Origin: Takakia lepidozioides
Taxonomy: Eukaryota > Plantae > Bryophyta
Length of the DNA: 64,000 nucleotides
Direction: 5' to 3'
Assembly: GCA_030704615.1 (NCBI GenBank)
Contig: CM060732.1
Coordinates: forward strand, 27,218,001 to 27,282,000
Numbering within the stretch: position 1 is the stretch's first letter; every line of letters starts with the position of its first letter. Below, piece after piece: positions 1-12,929 of this stretch. The position numbers and the translations under genes were made by a program. The notes beneath the pieces were generated by a model. That model was not told the origin of the DNA. It saw only the letters and a program-made list of their open reading frames with translations, and searched no databases.

Positions 1-6
1 CTACAA

Positions 7-303
7 TCATCCAACAAAATGTTTGTGGAGAAGATGATCGTTGCATTCAAAATTCAAACTAAAGTGCTGAAGGGAAAGTGGCGATCTTACCGGAAGAGAA
101 CAGCGTTGGAGAAGAGGATCCCTCCCGTGTATGATGTAATGATTCCTCACTGTTTCCAACAAGAGTACTTTTCCTCCATGACACTCATTGCAGTTGCATA
201 GCATTTTTATATGCCCATTCCTTGTGGCATAAGCTTCTTCCATTCGCCATAGACGGTCATCTATTCTACGCCTACGCATCCGTTCGCCACCTGCACTGTA
301 CAT
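7..303 (-). CDS. N-terminal exon of CACTA TnpD-like transposase (transposase-associated Cys/His domain)
   Basis: HIKMLCNCNECHGGKVLLLETVRNHYIIHG matches the CxCxxC...VxxH...G motif at the start of plant CACTA transposases. Confidence 0.65.
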   Translation of the reverse strand: MYSAGGERMRRRRIDDRLWRMEEAYATRNGHIKMLCNCNECHGGKVLLLETVRNHYIIHGRDPLLQRCSLPVRSPLSLQHFSLNFECNDHLLHKHFVG

Positions 304-1358
304 GCTTTGAACGTCACCCCTTCCCTCTTTGCATGCTACGCACAGTGCATTGTCTCTAGTTTTGCACCAACTGCCAATGTGCTATTTCTATATCTATAGT
401 ATACTATAAGTATCGTTTCTGAGTGTCCAGGGTGAAGCGAAAGGTCTTCGAAGTGACAGTCCCTCTCACTGAGTACGAGAAGTTCCGAGAGCGCCGGATT
501 GCTGCCATAAAGGAGGTGGAAGCAACGTTCAAGCAGTCGATAGATGGGTGAGTTTAGTTCCTGACTTTGGATACCCACCCACTAAACTTGCGATTTGCCT
601 TATCCTCTAACCTTCCTACAGCGATCAAAAGCTTCATAGCACAAATGGGGGCGAGTAGCTGCGACTTGTACAAACAGAGAGGCAAACAACATGCAGTGAG
701 TGACGATTAGGTTTGACGAGGGTGTGTCATTAGGCGGGAGATGTCCGCCGTCATTCGTGGGCAAGCATTACATCTTGGTAGGGTGCGGCTGTGGTTCAGC
801 GTAGGCTTAAGAGTATTAGGGTACGTATGCTTACATTTGTTTGTGATTGTTTGAGAAGGAGGTCATGGAGGTGTTTGTGCAGGCTTGCGGGAGCGAATCG
901 CCCTCGCAAGCCACGCGCTCCGAAGGAAAAAGTAGGGATCAAGGTCCTGCAAGGCAAAGTGCCAGACTGAAGACGATGAAGACTACGATTCTGCATGAGG
1001 GCTCTTCTGAGGACGATGAGGACGATCCACTCCTCCCACGCCAGTGCGAGGCGAGTGCGTCGTCGGCGGATGCCACGGCAAGCCGAGGAGAACATGCCCA
1101 TGCTCATGTCGCAGGACAAAAACGCCCATCATCTACACTACGAACACCTTCTCCGTCTGTGAGTTATAGTTCTTCACAATGACCATGATTCTAATTATGT
1201 ATGTTTTTGGTAAAATCACGAAGAGATAGGGTATGTCTGTCAAGACAGGGAAGTTGGACAATGCAGGGGTCAGCCAAGGCACAATCACAAATGATTTCCA
1301 CTAGACAAGTTGAAGTGCCAAAGGCATGATGTCAGGCCAATGTAGACTTCAGGTGTGT

Positions 1359-1616
1359 TCAAATTCTTTGCCCCATGAAACCAACGTCCTGCCCGGTCTG
1401 TTTCCTAACACCATTCACATATGGTAGAGGGGTGTTACTGACACATGCCTCTTTGATGTACACACAGGCATAATCAAGGGGCACAACAGGGTACCCGTAA
1501 CCCACCACAGCACCTTGAAGAGCAACAATCAGCCCTACTCCACATTTCTTGCGTTTGGAGTTCACATCCAACAGCCGAACCTCGTCACCCACCCTGAACT
1601 GTGATCCCAACTCCAC
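1359..1616 (-). CDS. Tnp1/En/Spm-like (Transposase_23/DUF8039-like) domain exon
   Basis: GDEVRLLD...GVGLIV...GYPVVPLDYACVYIKEACVSNTPLPY resembles the VxL..VAxG..HGxPL..VxI..LP pattern of CACTA TnpA C-terminal domains. Confidence 0.55.
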   Translation of the reverse strand: MELGSQFRVGDEVRLLDVNSKRKKCGVGLIVALQGAVVGYGYPVVPLDYACVYIKEACVSNTPLPYVNGVRKQTGQDVGFMGQRI

Positions 1617-2064
1617 ACAAAAAAGAACACGATGTGAAAACCCATGACATACACACGACTAGGACACTCAACATTTGCGAGTTAAAGTTAGCCCCAAGGT
1701 TGGAAAAAATATAACAGACAAGACAACGGCCTGGACTTACTCCATTTGCAGTCTCCAGTGGTGGTGAGACCTCTTTTGGGGGCTACTCGCCGGGTCGACA
1801 CTTTTGCCCCTCGTCTGTACCGGCTTGTCGACAATATCACCTCTGTTTGGCACAAGTTCCTGTGTCACAGACCAGAGATCAACCAGGAAAGCAATGAGCA
1901 AACATGAATAGTGAATAGAAACAAAATCCAAGTATGAATAAAACAAAAAAAGCCAACATGAAAAGCTGCAAAGAAAACCTAGCATTAATCAAGCAACCGA
2001 GGAGAAGCATCCAGGAAAGCAATGCAATGAATGAACCCACAAAAATGTAGCCTCTGGAGCACTG

Positions 2065-3250
2065 TTAGAATGTTTGTACCTTCACAGTAGCAGTGTTGTA
2101 TGGTTGTTGTCCGAAAACAGGCTGAGACTCCAAAAACTTAGGAATACTGGCAGCTTTCGATGCCTTCCACAAGAAAGGCCACAACACCTCTGTTAGATAC
2201 TCATCAGTTGGTGAATCTGGTTGCACCTTCCATGGCTCTGGAAAAATCCCACTGAAGGGAGGATTGTTTGCCGCCTTTCTTGGTGTGTCGTCAACAAGAA
2301 CGGTGTCCTTATAAGTCCATTCTGGCCAGTCTGCCCACACTGTAGACAAGTTCTTGAAATATAATGGCTTTGAATCAGACCCCTTACGGCATGGGAGGAC
2401 TGGATCCTCGTCACAGTGAAGGGCATCCCACTGGAAAACCAGGTTAGTGTGGGCTGCAAAAATATAGTCCACCATTGGGAAGAAGTTGTGAGCTTGGCAA
2501 CAAGACCACACCGCCACCTCAAAGTGTTCAAAACACTTTTGCAAAAAGTCATAACAGCGTGGTCTCAAAACTACCATCTTCTTGCCACACATCTTCCCCA
2601 CAAAACCATGCACGCCCATTAGCAGAATGAAAAGATTCACATAATAGACCATTTAAGTCCATAATTAGTAAATGCTTCCTCGTTGGTCCAGGAAGTAAAC
2701 TGACATTTGGCTTCAACATGTGAGCAGGAGAAATTAAAACAACCTGCTTGTTTGTTTTGTCCCCGTCTGCATCTTCCTCCCCATCTAAACTCCCACATAC
2801 CTGCATACCAGAATCCGGTGTGCCCGGCGGCTCTGTCACCATTGCCCCCTGGACTGCTACTGCCTTTGTACGTGGCAAGGGCTGAATTTCCACGTGTACC
2901 TCACAGCTGGCCTTCCCTGTATCCTGCTGCTGCTCGGTCAAATTCAAAAGATCATCACTGACAGGAAGACATAAGGGCTTAGAGTGAGCACCAGTTACCA
3001 TCTGAAATTGGGATTCCAAACATTTTGATACTGTCACAACAGACGTATCCATCGTAGATGTCACTGGTCCTACGCCTGGTAGATTAATCCCCAATCTGGT
3101 CACAATGGCTTTCTGGTACTCAATCATACTCTGCATCTGTAATTTTAATTCTGCCATGTCACGTCCTTGTGATTCCACCAGTTTGTCCAAGCCATCCATC
3201 CTGCCAACTACTGTAGAATATGCGAGACTTCCCTCCTGCCAATCCATGAA
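2065..3250 (-). pseudogene. Coiled coil + FCP1-homology (NIF/HAD phosphatase-like) domain inside the CACTA; one frameshift near 2590-2640
   Basis: Motif I LLIMDLNGLL lies in ORF 2549-3247. In the shifted frame (ORF 2065-2652): VVLRP..DFL..CFEHFEVAVWS, YFKNLSTVW and TVLVDDTPRKAANNP, all typical of FCP1-homology domains. Confidence 0.85.
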
Positions 3251-3597
3251 AACTTGCCCAAGTATGAATCAAACCAAAAAAACCTAGCATGAACAACCAT
3301 TGGAAAGAAAACCCAGGCCAAAAGCCGTGAAAAAAACCCTAGCAACCTATGATGCAGCAACCACTCTAGCAAACGTGGAAAACACACTTACCCGCCTGTC
3401 ACTCCCAGCTGACAACCGTGACACTGAACCCTCTTGAATTTCATATAATGTAGGAGGGCACCCTGATAGTGTTTCCTATAAATTAATCCATGCCACAAAC
3501 AAACCCATGCCACAAGTCAGTAAGCAATGTGAGGGCTGACTATATACACATAGCAATTCAATGAGGAACAAAATACAGAGTCGTGATGATGCCACTT

Positions 3598-4550
3598 ACC
3601 AAGCGTGCTTCCACCATTGCCTTCCCACCACGGCCAGTCTTGGTAGGATTCAGAATTGCACCATTTGCCTTCTTCATGTTGCCCGACACTTTGTGGAACA
3701 CCTCTGTCTGCCAGTAACTTACAAGCTTGTTCCATACCTTGTCAGATATAGTAATGGGTTTCCCCTTACCACCCAACCACGCAGTGTGTGCTTCATAACG
3801 CTGGCTCTTCATTATTCTGCCAATTGTTTGTTTTAGGTGGAAGTCTTTTAACTCGTGCGGCGTATATGAAAATAGCTTAGCCAGGTGATCTCTGATTTCG
3901 TATACAACTTCATCAGGTTGGTTGTTGATGGCAAGGGAACAATCTAGCTTGCGATAAGCCTGTCCTTTAAGGGCAGCGTGCCATACATTCCGGGTCTGAC
4001 CATACGGGGCTCCTTTGAGGTTCGTCAAAATCACCGTGGGAGGAAGACCTGCAGCTATTCTCTCTTCCTTGATCTTGGCAGCTTCAATTTTGGCTGAGCT
4101 ATTAGCCCTCCTTAAAGCATTGGTTCTATCATTCTTTGAAACGGCACCCTCCCCTCCTTCAGAGACCTCCGTGCGCTCAGGAGAATTCAAAGCAGGATCC
4201 TACCAAGTAGGGACTGGTGGCCATGGTTGTTGGCCAGAAGGCCGAGGACCATACTGGCCATACTGTCCATAAGCAGGAGGATATTCCGGTGGCCTGCCAC
4301 CCCCATAGCTATTAGGGGGTGGCAAATATGGTGGAGGAGGATACTGCCCATATGGAGGAGCACCATATTGACCCTGACCATACTGAGTGCCAGACTGTGG
4401 GTATTGAGGCATACCATAATAAGGTGGGGGTACTGGTGGCACATAATTCACAACGTTGGGAGAGTTAGGGCCACCTCCTGCGTTCTTATGGGCGCCATCT
4501 CCATTGCTAGCAGCAGAGATCGTGGATCCAGTGCGCTTGTGCTTGCCCTG
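3598..4550 (-). CDS. CACTA TnpA-like (Ptta/En/Spm, Transposase_24-like) exon with a Pro/Tyr/Gly-rich N-terminal segment; frameshifted near 4190
   Basis: ISDKVWNKLVSYWQT...SGNMKKANG...TGRGG matches WxxLVxYW...SxxNKxxR...G. GTAAGT donor at about 3598. Confidence 0.7.
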
Positions 4551-4919
4551 AAAAGAAATTCCCCCAGTACAATGTGGGTGATTACACATACATATAGGCA
4601 GCAAGCAGCAAATCCTTGAATTCAGGCAAAACAAACTGGAAGCACATATCATTTGTAAAGACAAGATTACCCAAAACTTAGTATGATCTTGGGCAGTAAA
4701 TCTCCCAAATTTGATTGGCCCCAATGATGTCCTCCCAGTACATTTTTGAGCCCTCTTAGGTATGGGGTGTTCCTGAAATCCATAGCAAAAATTCAAATGG
4801 ACAAACCTGATGGGTCCATGAGAAGTATCCCTCCAAGTTTTACTGATATTCTGGGTGCATATGTAACCCAAGTATCTCTATAAGTAGCCATTGTAACTAG
4901 TCTTTAGGACTGCATTTTG

Positions 4920-5470
4920 CAAGTCATATCCATGACTGTTTGCGTGGCACCTGGAGTCCTGCTGCAGAGAGGGTTGCAGTCACAACTATATGACTAATAT
5001 ATGACTACATTGTCTGTTGAGCGCTGCCTACATGGAGAGGCTTCAGCGGGACACGTGCGCCACTGCGCAAGCGACACATCATGCATTCGTCAGGGGATCA
5101 TATGACTATATGTCTGCAAAGTGATGCCTACATGGAGAGGCGACGGATGGACACGTGCGCCACTGCGAATTTGACATGTCACGACTTCTTGCCATGATCA
5201 TATGACTACATGTCTGCACAGTGATGCCTACATGGAGAGGCGCTAGCGAGACACGTGTGTTATGGCAGATTTCACACGTGGTGACTACATGACTCACTCA
5301 TATGACTACACGGATGTCTACATGGAGAGATATTAGTGGGACACCTGTTGCACTTGAGATGTGACATGTGGCACACAGACAAAATATATGACTAGCATAT
5401 ATGACTACGGATCTTTACACGTGGTGAAAATATGGATAAAGAATGTCGTGTCATATACTGCCACGTGTTC
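4920..5470. repeat. CACTA subterminal repeats with ~100-bp periodicity
   Basis: CTACATGGAGAG at 5028, 5128, 5228 and 5318. Many TATGACTA copies. (G)ACACGTG at 5050, 5150 and 5250. Confidence 0.85.
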
Positions 5471-6041
5471 TGGTTTGAGCAAGAGTGATGCCATGTGTCA
5501 TCAAGATTGTTTTCCAAAATAGTTTATATTTTTAATGTTCATACTTTAATTTTTAGTTTTCATTTAATATTTAAAAGAACAGGGAGATTGCAGCCTTGGA
5601 TTTTTTTTTAAATGGTATTATTTTTAATATTATTATTTAAAATGAAAGTGAATTAAATGATTTAAAATCTTCATTACATGGTGAAATTCCAACATGAAAA
5701 CAGAATGGATCCCTCCTGTATACTATCAACCACAAGGAGAATGAAAATAGTCAACTACAGGGCAATACAAGCCCTATAAATCACATTACAAAAATCCAAA
5801 TGAGACCAATATCCCAATGGAGACCTCAAAAGCCACAAGGTCAAAAAATCCATGCCTCAAAAGGCCCAGCCAAAAACAAGCAAGCCCACACATGGGCTGA
5901 ATTGTTGTAGCTAGTATGTTCTAGTGTTATTAGAATCAAGAACTCTGTTAAACAGTGCAATACTGACTATCCCTTCCGCAGCTCCATAAGTTTCAGTAAC
6001 TTTAGACTCCAAAGTGTTGTCTGGCCTTATCTGTTGTAGTG

Positions 6042-7096
6042 TTTTCTGTCTTTTGCAGTCACTTTTAATCGAGGCCATGCACAGAATATGTGTGCACTTA
6101 TGCTTGATCCTCGGTACAAAGGCCTACAGTGCATCATGGACTATGGAAGACGAGAAAATACAAAGGCTATTGCAGAAGAGTACGATCAACAAGTCATGTT
6201 GCCACTATTGGTAACTGCATTCAAGCACCTCAATCCAGGCCGTGCAGATAGTCCTCTTCCAGAAGAGCCACTCCCTCAGGAATCACTATGGGGAGTTTCT
6301 GCCTCGACTGAGGAGGTGAGCTTAGGGCTTGTAAAAAGTGAGTTATCAATGTATCGCCGTTTGAGTGTGAATCCAGATGATGTCAAGTCTCCGTTATTGT
6401 GGTGGAAGGATCATGAAAGCCGCTTCCCTAATGTAGGGTTTTTGGCTCGCCAATTTCTAGGAATACCATGTTCGCAGATTGAGACCGAACGCATATTCAG
6501 CATTGCAGGGATACTTACCAGTATGCGTCGATGCCGACTTGGAGTGAAGAACATGGACAAATTAGTGATGATTTTAAAGAACTGGCCTAGCGATGCAAGG
6601 ACTGGTTGTCTTCTCGCTGATAAGGGAGTGGAGGAATTTTTCATTGCTGAAGATGATCTCCTTGAAGATTATGAAGAAGAACTTAAAGATGCCGATTACT
6701 TTGTGGATGTGTTGTAGCACTTAGTTTCAGTACTTTCAGGCTGTGAGGATGTCTGCAATTGTGTGGCAGCTTCAGTACTCTTAACATGTTTGCAAATGTT
6801 GTGACTCAACAGATTGGGGCAATCATATGGCTTCTGTTACAAATTGAATTATAGTGCACTTGAAACACAATGTCTGCATGTTTATTTCGCTTTGACTGTA
6901 GAGATTTTGTCTTTTTTTGTGCTATCAGATTGTATTAGCTCATGGAGCTTGGTAATTGCAATGGTCTAAGGCTGTAAGTTAGTGAGTGATGCTCACTTGA
7001 AAATATTGGTATGAGATGATTTGCTTCTGAGAATTTCAAGGAGCAAAATTTGCTTCCAAGTGAATAGGTTGGTTGAAGTGCTGAAGTGCACACTTC

Positions 7097-7144
<48 letters not shown>

Positions 7145-7422
7145 AATAAATATTATAATAATAAAATTTGAAATTTAAAAAAGAAAAAAGAAAAAAACTG
7201 ATACCAGTATTGATCACCAATACTTGCTGGTATCACTTTGATATTGCTCATATTTATACCAGTACTGCATAATTCCAATCTCAACAATTACTCATACCAT
7301 ACTAGTAGTGGAAATGTCAATATATGGCTGGTACCAGAGTTCAGCTGGTATCAAACATCTTTAAAATCCTCTATACCAGGACCAGATTGGTATGTGTTGC
7401 ATGCGATACCAGACCAACACTA
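6042..7422 (+). mobile_element. hAT transposon 3' part (C-terminal dimerisation domain), interrupted by the CACTA
   Basis: ORF 6088-6717 has LMLDPRYK, PLLWWKDHESRFP and LARQFLGIPCSQIETERIFS. TACCAG-type subterminal repeats lie at 7200-7415. Candidate TIR ...CGATACCAGACCAACACTA ends at 7422. Confidence 0.85.
7098..7138. repeat. poly(T) tract
   Basis: About 40 consecutive T. Confidence 0.95.
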
Positions 7423-8959
7423 GATGTAACCTCCAGTACCTTATATGCTTCAAAACATACAATATTAGTGTATTGTTGAACCCGTTGCAGATATGCAGTT
7501 CTTCCAGCGAGGTGACATTGATGAAACATGTTGTCTCACCCCCAACATGACGTTTATTTCCTATGTTTTTCGTCATTAATGCACAAGTTAAGCCGCGCGC
7601 ACATCAAATTGCTCGAAAATTCGACGAACTTATTTATTTTTGTTGTGACTAAGGGATTGGAGGTTCTCTGGGAGAATGCCACCAAGATGAAGGGGTCCTT
7701 ACAATAGAGGAGACAAATATTTTTTTAGTTCAAGTGGATTCAATAGAAATAAATGTTATTTTTGACAGATTGTAGGCAAAGCTACGTATGTTAAGCCGTG
7801 TCTTGTTACACCTTTGGGATCAAAAGCTCATCTATCAAGTGTTAGCCCTTGTGCCCGATATATTGTTCAAGCCGCTGCAAATTGAATGGAGAATTGTGTA
7901 CGAGTAATAACATGTTGAGAATTATGTTATGTTAGTGGCTCTTCAACTCGCATCACTTAAACCCCCGCGGATGGAAGGACGGGACGAAAAGTCCCAAGGA
8001 CGACTTTTTGGACAACTATGGTCACGCCTACAGCAACGAGCTCTCCGCATATGGCTAATTAGGCTGGACTAGGCCAATCAACAGACTTAGGCTGGACTGG
8101 GCTATCTGAATCCATCAACCCCATTTGATCATGCATGAATTTATCCATGAGCCATTCATGTCATAACCCCGGCGATGCCCATGCCTCGTCTGGTACAATC
8201 ACCTCACCTTCTAGAATCCACTGCTTCTGTGTGGCATGTAACAACGCGATTTTCGAATGGAATGCACAAAGTCTCCGAGCAGGACGATGTGATGATGTCC
8301 ACTCCAACGTCTTGTTGTTAAGATGATCCCAAGAGACAACACGAGCCCCAACATGATTCTGCACTGTCTGAGTGAGTAGAGCATGGTTCAAAACCTTAAT
8401 ACGAAAAGTATTGATATAATTTTGTAACATGTTTACAAGTTGGGGCTAATTTCCAATCAGACATGATTTTGGAAGGGCTCAAACACATATAAACAAATTA
8501 TGAACTGATGATTGCATTGCTACAATATTGCTCGTTAGATCGTTGTTGTTGCTCGTTAGCTTGCTCGCGATGTTTTTCATTGCTCACTAGAAGCATTCGT
8601 GTCTTTTCCGAATCGACTGGGTGTCTGCCAACCACTCCGGGAACCACTTGGCAATAAACCGGAGTCGTAGCAAAAATTCAGGCTATTTAATTAATTATCT
8701 AAATACATAAAATTTGAAAAAGTGGAAATTACAAGTGGTTCTAATTACTGCACATGCGACTAGAAATTAGGGTTCATAATTCGATTAATGGAATAAAGAT
8801 ATTTATTCATTAAAGTGAATATGTAGTCAACTCCTTGAACCACTGCGCATTGATTGCACCCGTGATTGGGGCCACATTTGCTGACGTGTGTTTCACAAGA
8901 ACAGGCAAACAAAATCTGGCCTTGGGGGTTTGCATATTTTAATATGTACTGCCTCCACC

Positions 8960-10112
8960 TGGAAGTGACATGGAAGGTCCATGGTGACATCGTGAAAGCT
9001 GGAATTGTAGGGTTTGTCATTCTGAACACCGCCCTGGTGGACATGTATGTCGAATGGAGGAGCATTGAAGATGCAAAGGTAATGTTTGACTGTGGCTCAA
9101 CGAGATGTCGTGGAGTGCGATGATCGCATTGGTAGCAAGGCAATGATGTATGCATGATTTGTGCAAAGGTAGTGATAGCTGAAGGAGCAGGATAGAGTGT
9201 GGGTCCATATTCATCCAAGAAGGTTAGATTTCAAGCTCTAGATTACCTATGGATCCTTGTGGAAGGATAGCTACAAGAAACCTCCATGGGTAGATGGTTA
9301 GCTAGAAGTGGCAGCTGTAGCGGCACAGTTGATAAAATCAAGCACCTCAACCATGACCACAACTTTTGGAAGAGGATCAACCGAGGGAGTCCACAATACC
9401 TCTTCTGGCACTTATGGGCATGTGAAGATGCTTTATGAGCAGGTAGACTGAAAGAGGCTCTACAAACTTTAAGCCGAAGAGGCATTTCAGCAGATGTAGA
9501 TACGTATGTGTGTCTATTGCATAAGTGCATTAAGATGAAATGCCTAGAAGTTAGAAAGCAGGTGCACACTCACATTGTCCAAAGTGGATTCACGCCAAAC
9601 GTTTTTCTACTCAACAATCTTGTCAACATGTATGTTAAGGGGAGCATCATGGATGATCACCAAGTGTGCCTCAACGATCTTTGATCACGTGGAATATAAT
9701 GTTGGCAGGATTACCAAGCATGGGCGTGGTACGAATGCTTTGGAGACCTGTGAGCAAATGATGCGCGAAGGGGTGAAGCCCAACCACATCGCATTTGTAT
9801 GTGTTTGCACTGCGTGTGCAAGCCTGGAAAAGGGGAACGGGGTCCATGGTGATATCGGTCAAAGCTGGAATTGTAGCAGATGTCATTCTGAACACTACCC
9901 TGACGTGGACATGTATGCCAAATGTGGATGCATTGAGGATGCAAAGGGAGTTTTCGACACTATGGCTAAACGAGATATGATGTTGTGGAGTGCAATGCTT
10001 GCAGGGTATGCACAACAGAGACGTGGGATGGATGCTTTGGAGACCTATGATCAAATAATGGGGGAGGGGGTGAAGCCCGGCCACTTTGTGTGCATTTGCA
10101 ATGCTTGTGCAA
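8960..10112 (+). pseudogene. Decayed paralog fragments of the PLS-DYW PPR gene
   Basis: Nucleotide similarity to 14090-15050 (KVHGDIVKAGIV, NTALVDMY, DMYAKCGCIEDAK, EGVKP). Many frameshifts and stops, no E/DYW part. Confidence 0.9.
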
Positions 10113-12024
10113 GGCACTGTTTGGTTAGTTGTTGTTAGATATGTTAACTTAGTATTCTTAGTGATTCGGAGCAGGCGTACCTTCGTATACATCTGAGCAC
10201 ACGTCCGACGCCCAGGCTCACTCACCAGTTTCAGAAATGGCTCTGTGGTGGCAATTTGGAGGGGTTGCGGTTAAGAGGCTTGGCAACGCAGTGGCGGGCA
10301 AACTCGTTTGGATTGCGCCAAGTTGCGCCACTTTCGGATCGACTATTTTCTTGAGCATGCATAAGAGTGAGCAGAGTGTGCTAATTGTGTCGCACCTGAG
10401 CGGTTGACTAGCGACGATACGACCAAGATCCAAGGCGATACCAAGGCAATGACTTGAGGCTCGATTTTTTGGAGAAGAAAGTGGTTTCAATGAGCAAGTT
10501 CAATCCCTTTTGCGGAACACGTTTCTAACAATCTACAACAAAAGTGCAAGAAGATCATACCTATAAGATGCTCTTCTTTAAAAGAGCTCTTTGCTATGGT
10601 CACCCAGAATACGATAGTATGCCTTGAAGCCTCCCCCAACCAAATAATTTTCCTTCACCTAATAACTGCAAGTGCCAAAACAACAATGAGAAGGAAACTA
10701 CAAACCTCACACATGCAAAAACCTGGCAAAGACAAGGTATTTGCAAACCTTACACATGCAAAAACAATTCAACCATCCAGGTTGCTACACCTCAACCATG
10801 TTACTTCCTATTCCTCCACTTCGTTTTTCATTTATCATGAAAAGACATGGAAAGGCACATATCTGCCTTTAGCAAATATTAACATTTCTCTCCAGCTAAG
10901 TAAAATAAGTCATTCCAATTGCCCGTACAATTTCAGCGTGCTAGTATCTTGTCATGGAACGCTAGGTAGGCGTTCTACGCTGAAACTTGTTGGAAATTAC
11001 CTCTTTGGAAGGATGTTTGGCACAAAGATTGAGCGGCGAAGATCTCTGCTTTTCTATGGCAACTTCATACTAGCATTCTGTCGACTAGATGTTTTATTGC
11101 TCCTCTTCATTATATCCGAAATCTGTGTAACAATTAGAACAAGCAGTCCTTGGAACATTGCCTCCTCAACTGCTTGATTATTCGTTATGTTTGGCCTTTG
11201 GTTTTGCGTTTCTATGCTAAATGGAAATCAGTGCACCATGCAGCAATAGCTTGGCAAATTTTCTAGAATGTTTTGCCATGAAAGATTGATATGAACATAA
11301 GTCACTTAAATATCACTTGACAAAAGCTTGATGTGCAAATGTACAGCCAGAACCTCTCAAAGATACAGGAAAGTTCACAGCATGCTCAATCCAAATGGAA
11401 AAAACAACAACAAAAAACATAAGAAAAAACACAACGCGATGTCGAACATAGAAACACACACCGCAACAACAGAACATATCGGAGAAGAAGAAATGCAGAT
11501 TGGAAATTAACGGGCCATGTGAATTGCAACCCTTTTCACATGACATGCCAATCAAAATGCAACTTTTATGGGGCAGAAAAAGAAACAACAACATGAAGCA
11601 CCAGAGAAAGAGACCGTGAAGAAGCTCGTGGATCATCTTCCAATGAGTCAGTGTCCCTGTGACCTAAATTACAAAATTAAATCCTATAACCAGTATTGAG
11701 GAACTCTCAACTTATCTCCATTTTCCGTCAAGATAAACTTGAACTTGCTCCAGGAAATGTTAGTGATAATTTAGAGAGAAAAGCAGCACAAATGCCTAAG
11801 CTATCACACACTGTTGTTTCAAAACATCGACAGCCAAAAGCGTTCCTAGCTAGTTTTATTTGATTTGGGGAGTTTCATGTCTTATATCAATTGCTTTGAA
11901 ATGTTGACCTTTTGTTTGTTTGAAGTTGGCAACCTCGGAGACAAGCTTACCCTCTGACTTTGCACAATAAGTGCCCACAGAATTCTTGTCTACTAGAATA
12001 TGTTCTTAAGAAAACCCTAGAGCC

Positions 12025-12140
12025 AGTGTTGTTTTTCAGCAACTAAACCGGAACCGGCCCGTGTTTAAAAGTTGAACCGGGACCGCCTCAAATAAACCGG
12101 AACGTCTCTAGAAATAATTGTGGAACCGGAACCCAACTTA
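12025..12140 (+). mobile_element. Possible terminal remnant of a hAT-type MITE
   Basis: CAGTGTT start followed by clustered AACCGG(A)ACC motifs. The partner end was not found. Confidence 0.4.
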
Positions 12141-12929
12141 GGCCCCTTTCTGTCCCAAAAAAAAAGAAAAAAAAGAAAAAAAGGTTACTTGGCAAACAAA
12201 AACTGCTTGTAATGTCCGTGTGGTAGGATGTTGTTCCTGGGCAGGGCATCCAAGCTTGGTCTTTACTGTGCAGTTTGCAAGGCAGCTTCCTTGGGAGACT
12301 TGACACTGTGCCTGCCCACCTCCCTCCCTGCTCCTTTTCACACACCACTCTACAATCTCCAGACTACACTTACAGGCATAAGCTGGGTTCGCATCTGTGT
12401 ACGTTTGGACATGTTCGTATGTTCCCCATTGTGTAGAGTCCAATGGAGCCCAAAGTGACTTGCATGAATGTTGTTGAAAGCTCACTAGCACCGCTGCGTA
12501 AAGGAACTTGTCAAAATGTTGCTGCTGTCGGGTTTTCGGGCACAAAGGTCTACTGTGGGGCGTGGAGCAGAGCTGGCATGAGTTTTTTAAAGATCCTTCA
12601 CAATGGTGGGACAACCGCAATTGCAAGGTGTGGCTCTCTTAATGTACGATGTGAAGAATTTCGTTCATCCTGCAAATGTAGTCTCTTCCTGTTAGTACCA
12701 TGATTTTTGTTGTTTCCTGGGGTTTACTAGATGCTTGGGAAGGTCAGCTTGGTCTTAGGAGGCCGTATTGCAATCTATGGCTGCTCAGCTGCACCGTGGT
12801 GGTTCTCTCAGACCAATCCGAGATCACCCGGCTGCAGACACAAGCAGCACACGCAAGAGGCCCTTTTGGGTTGATGGCCGTTTGAATCCTCCATGGGTCA
12901 TGACAAAAGGTCAAGGACAATGTGGTGAG

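Larger units (their letters stand above)
1..6041 (-). mobile_element. CACTA (En/Spm) DNA transposon, 5' part; continues off the left edge
   Basis: Terminus TCTGTTGTAGTG at 6030-6041 (reverse complement CACTACAACAGA), and hAT coding homology resumes exactly at 6042. Subterminal repeats lie at 4.9-5.5 kb. Minus-strand ORFs carry Ptta/En/Spm-, Tnp1- and transposase-associated-like motifs. A weaker alternative terminus is CTAGTG at 5921-5926. Confidence 0.8.

Noticed and set aside
10596-11177. 193-aa ORF
   Set aside because: No recognisable motifs, and the composition is consistent with chance or decayed TE sequence.
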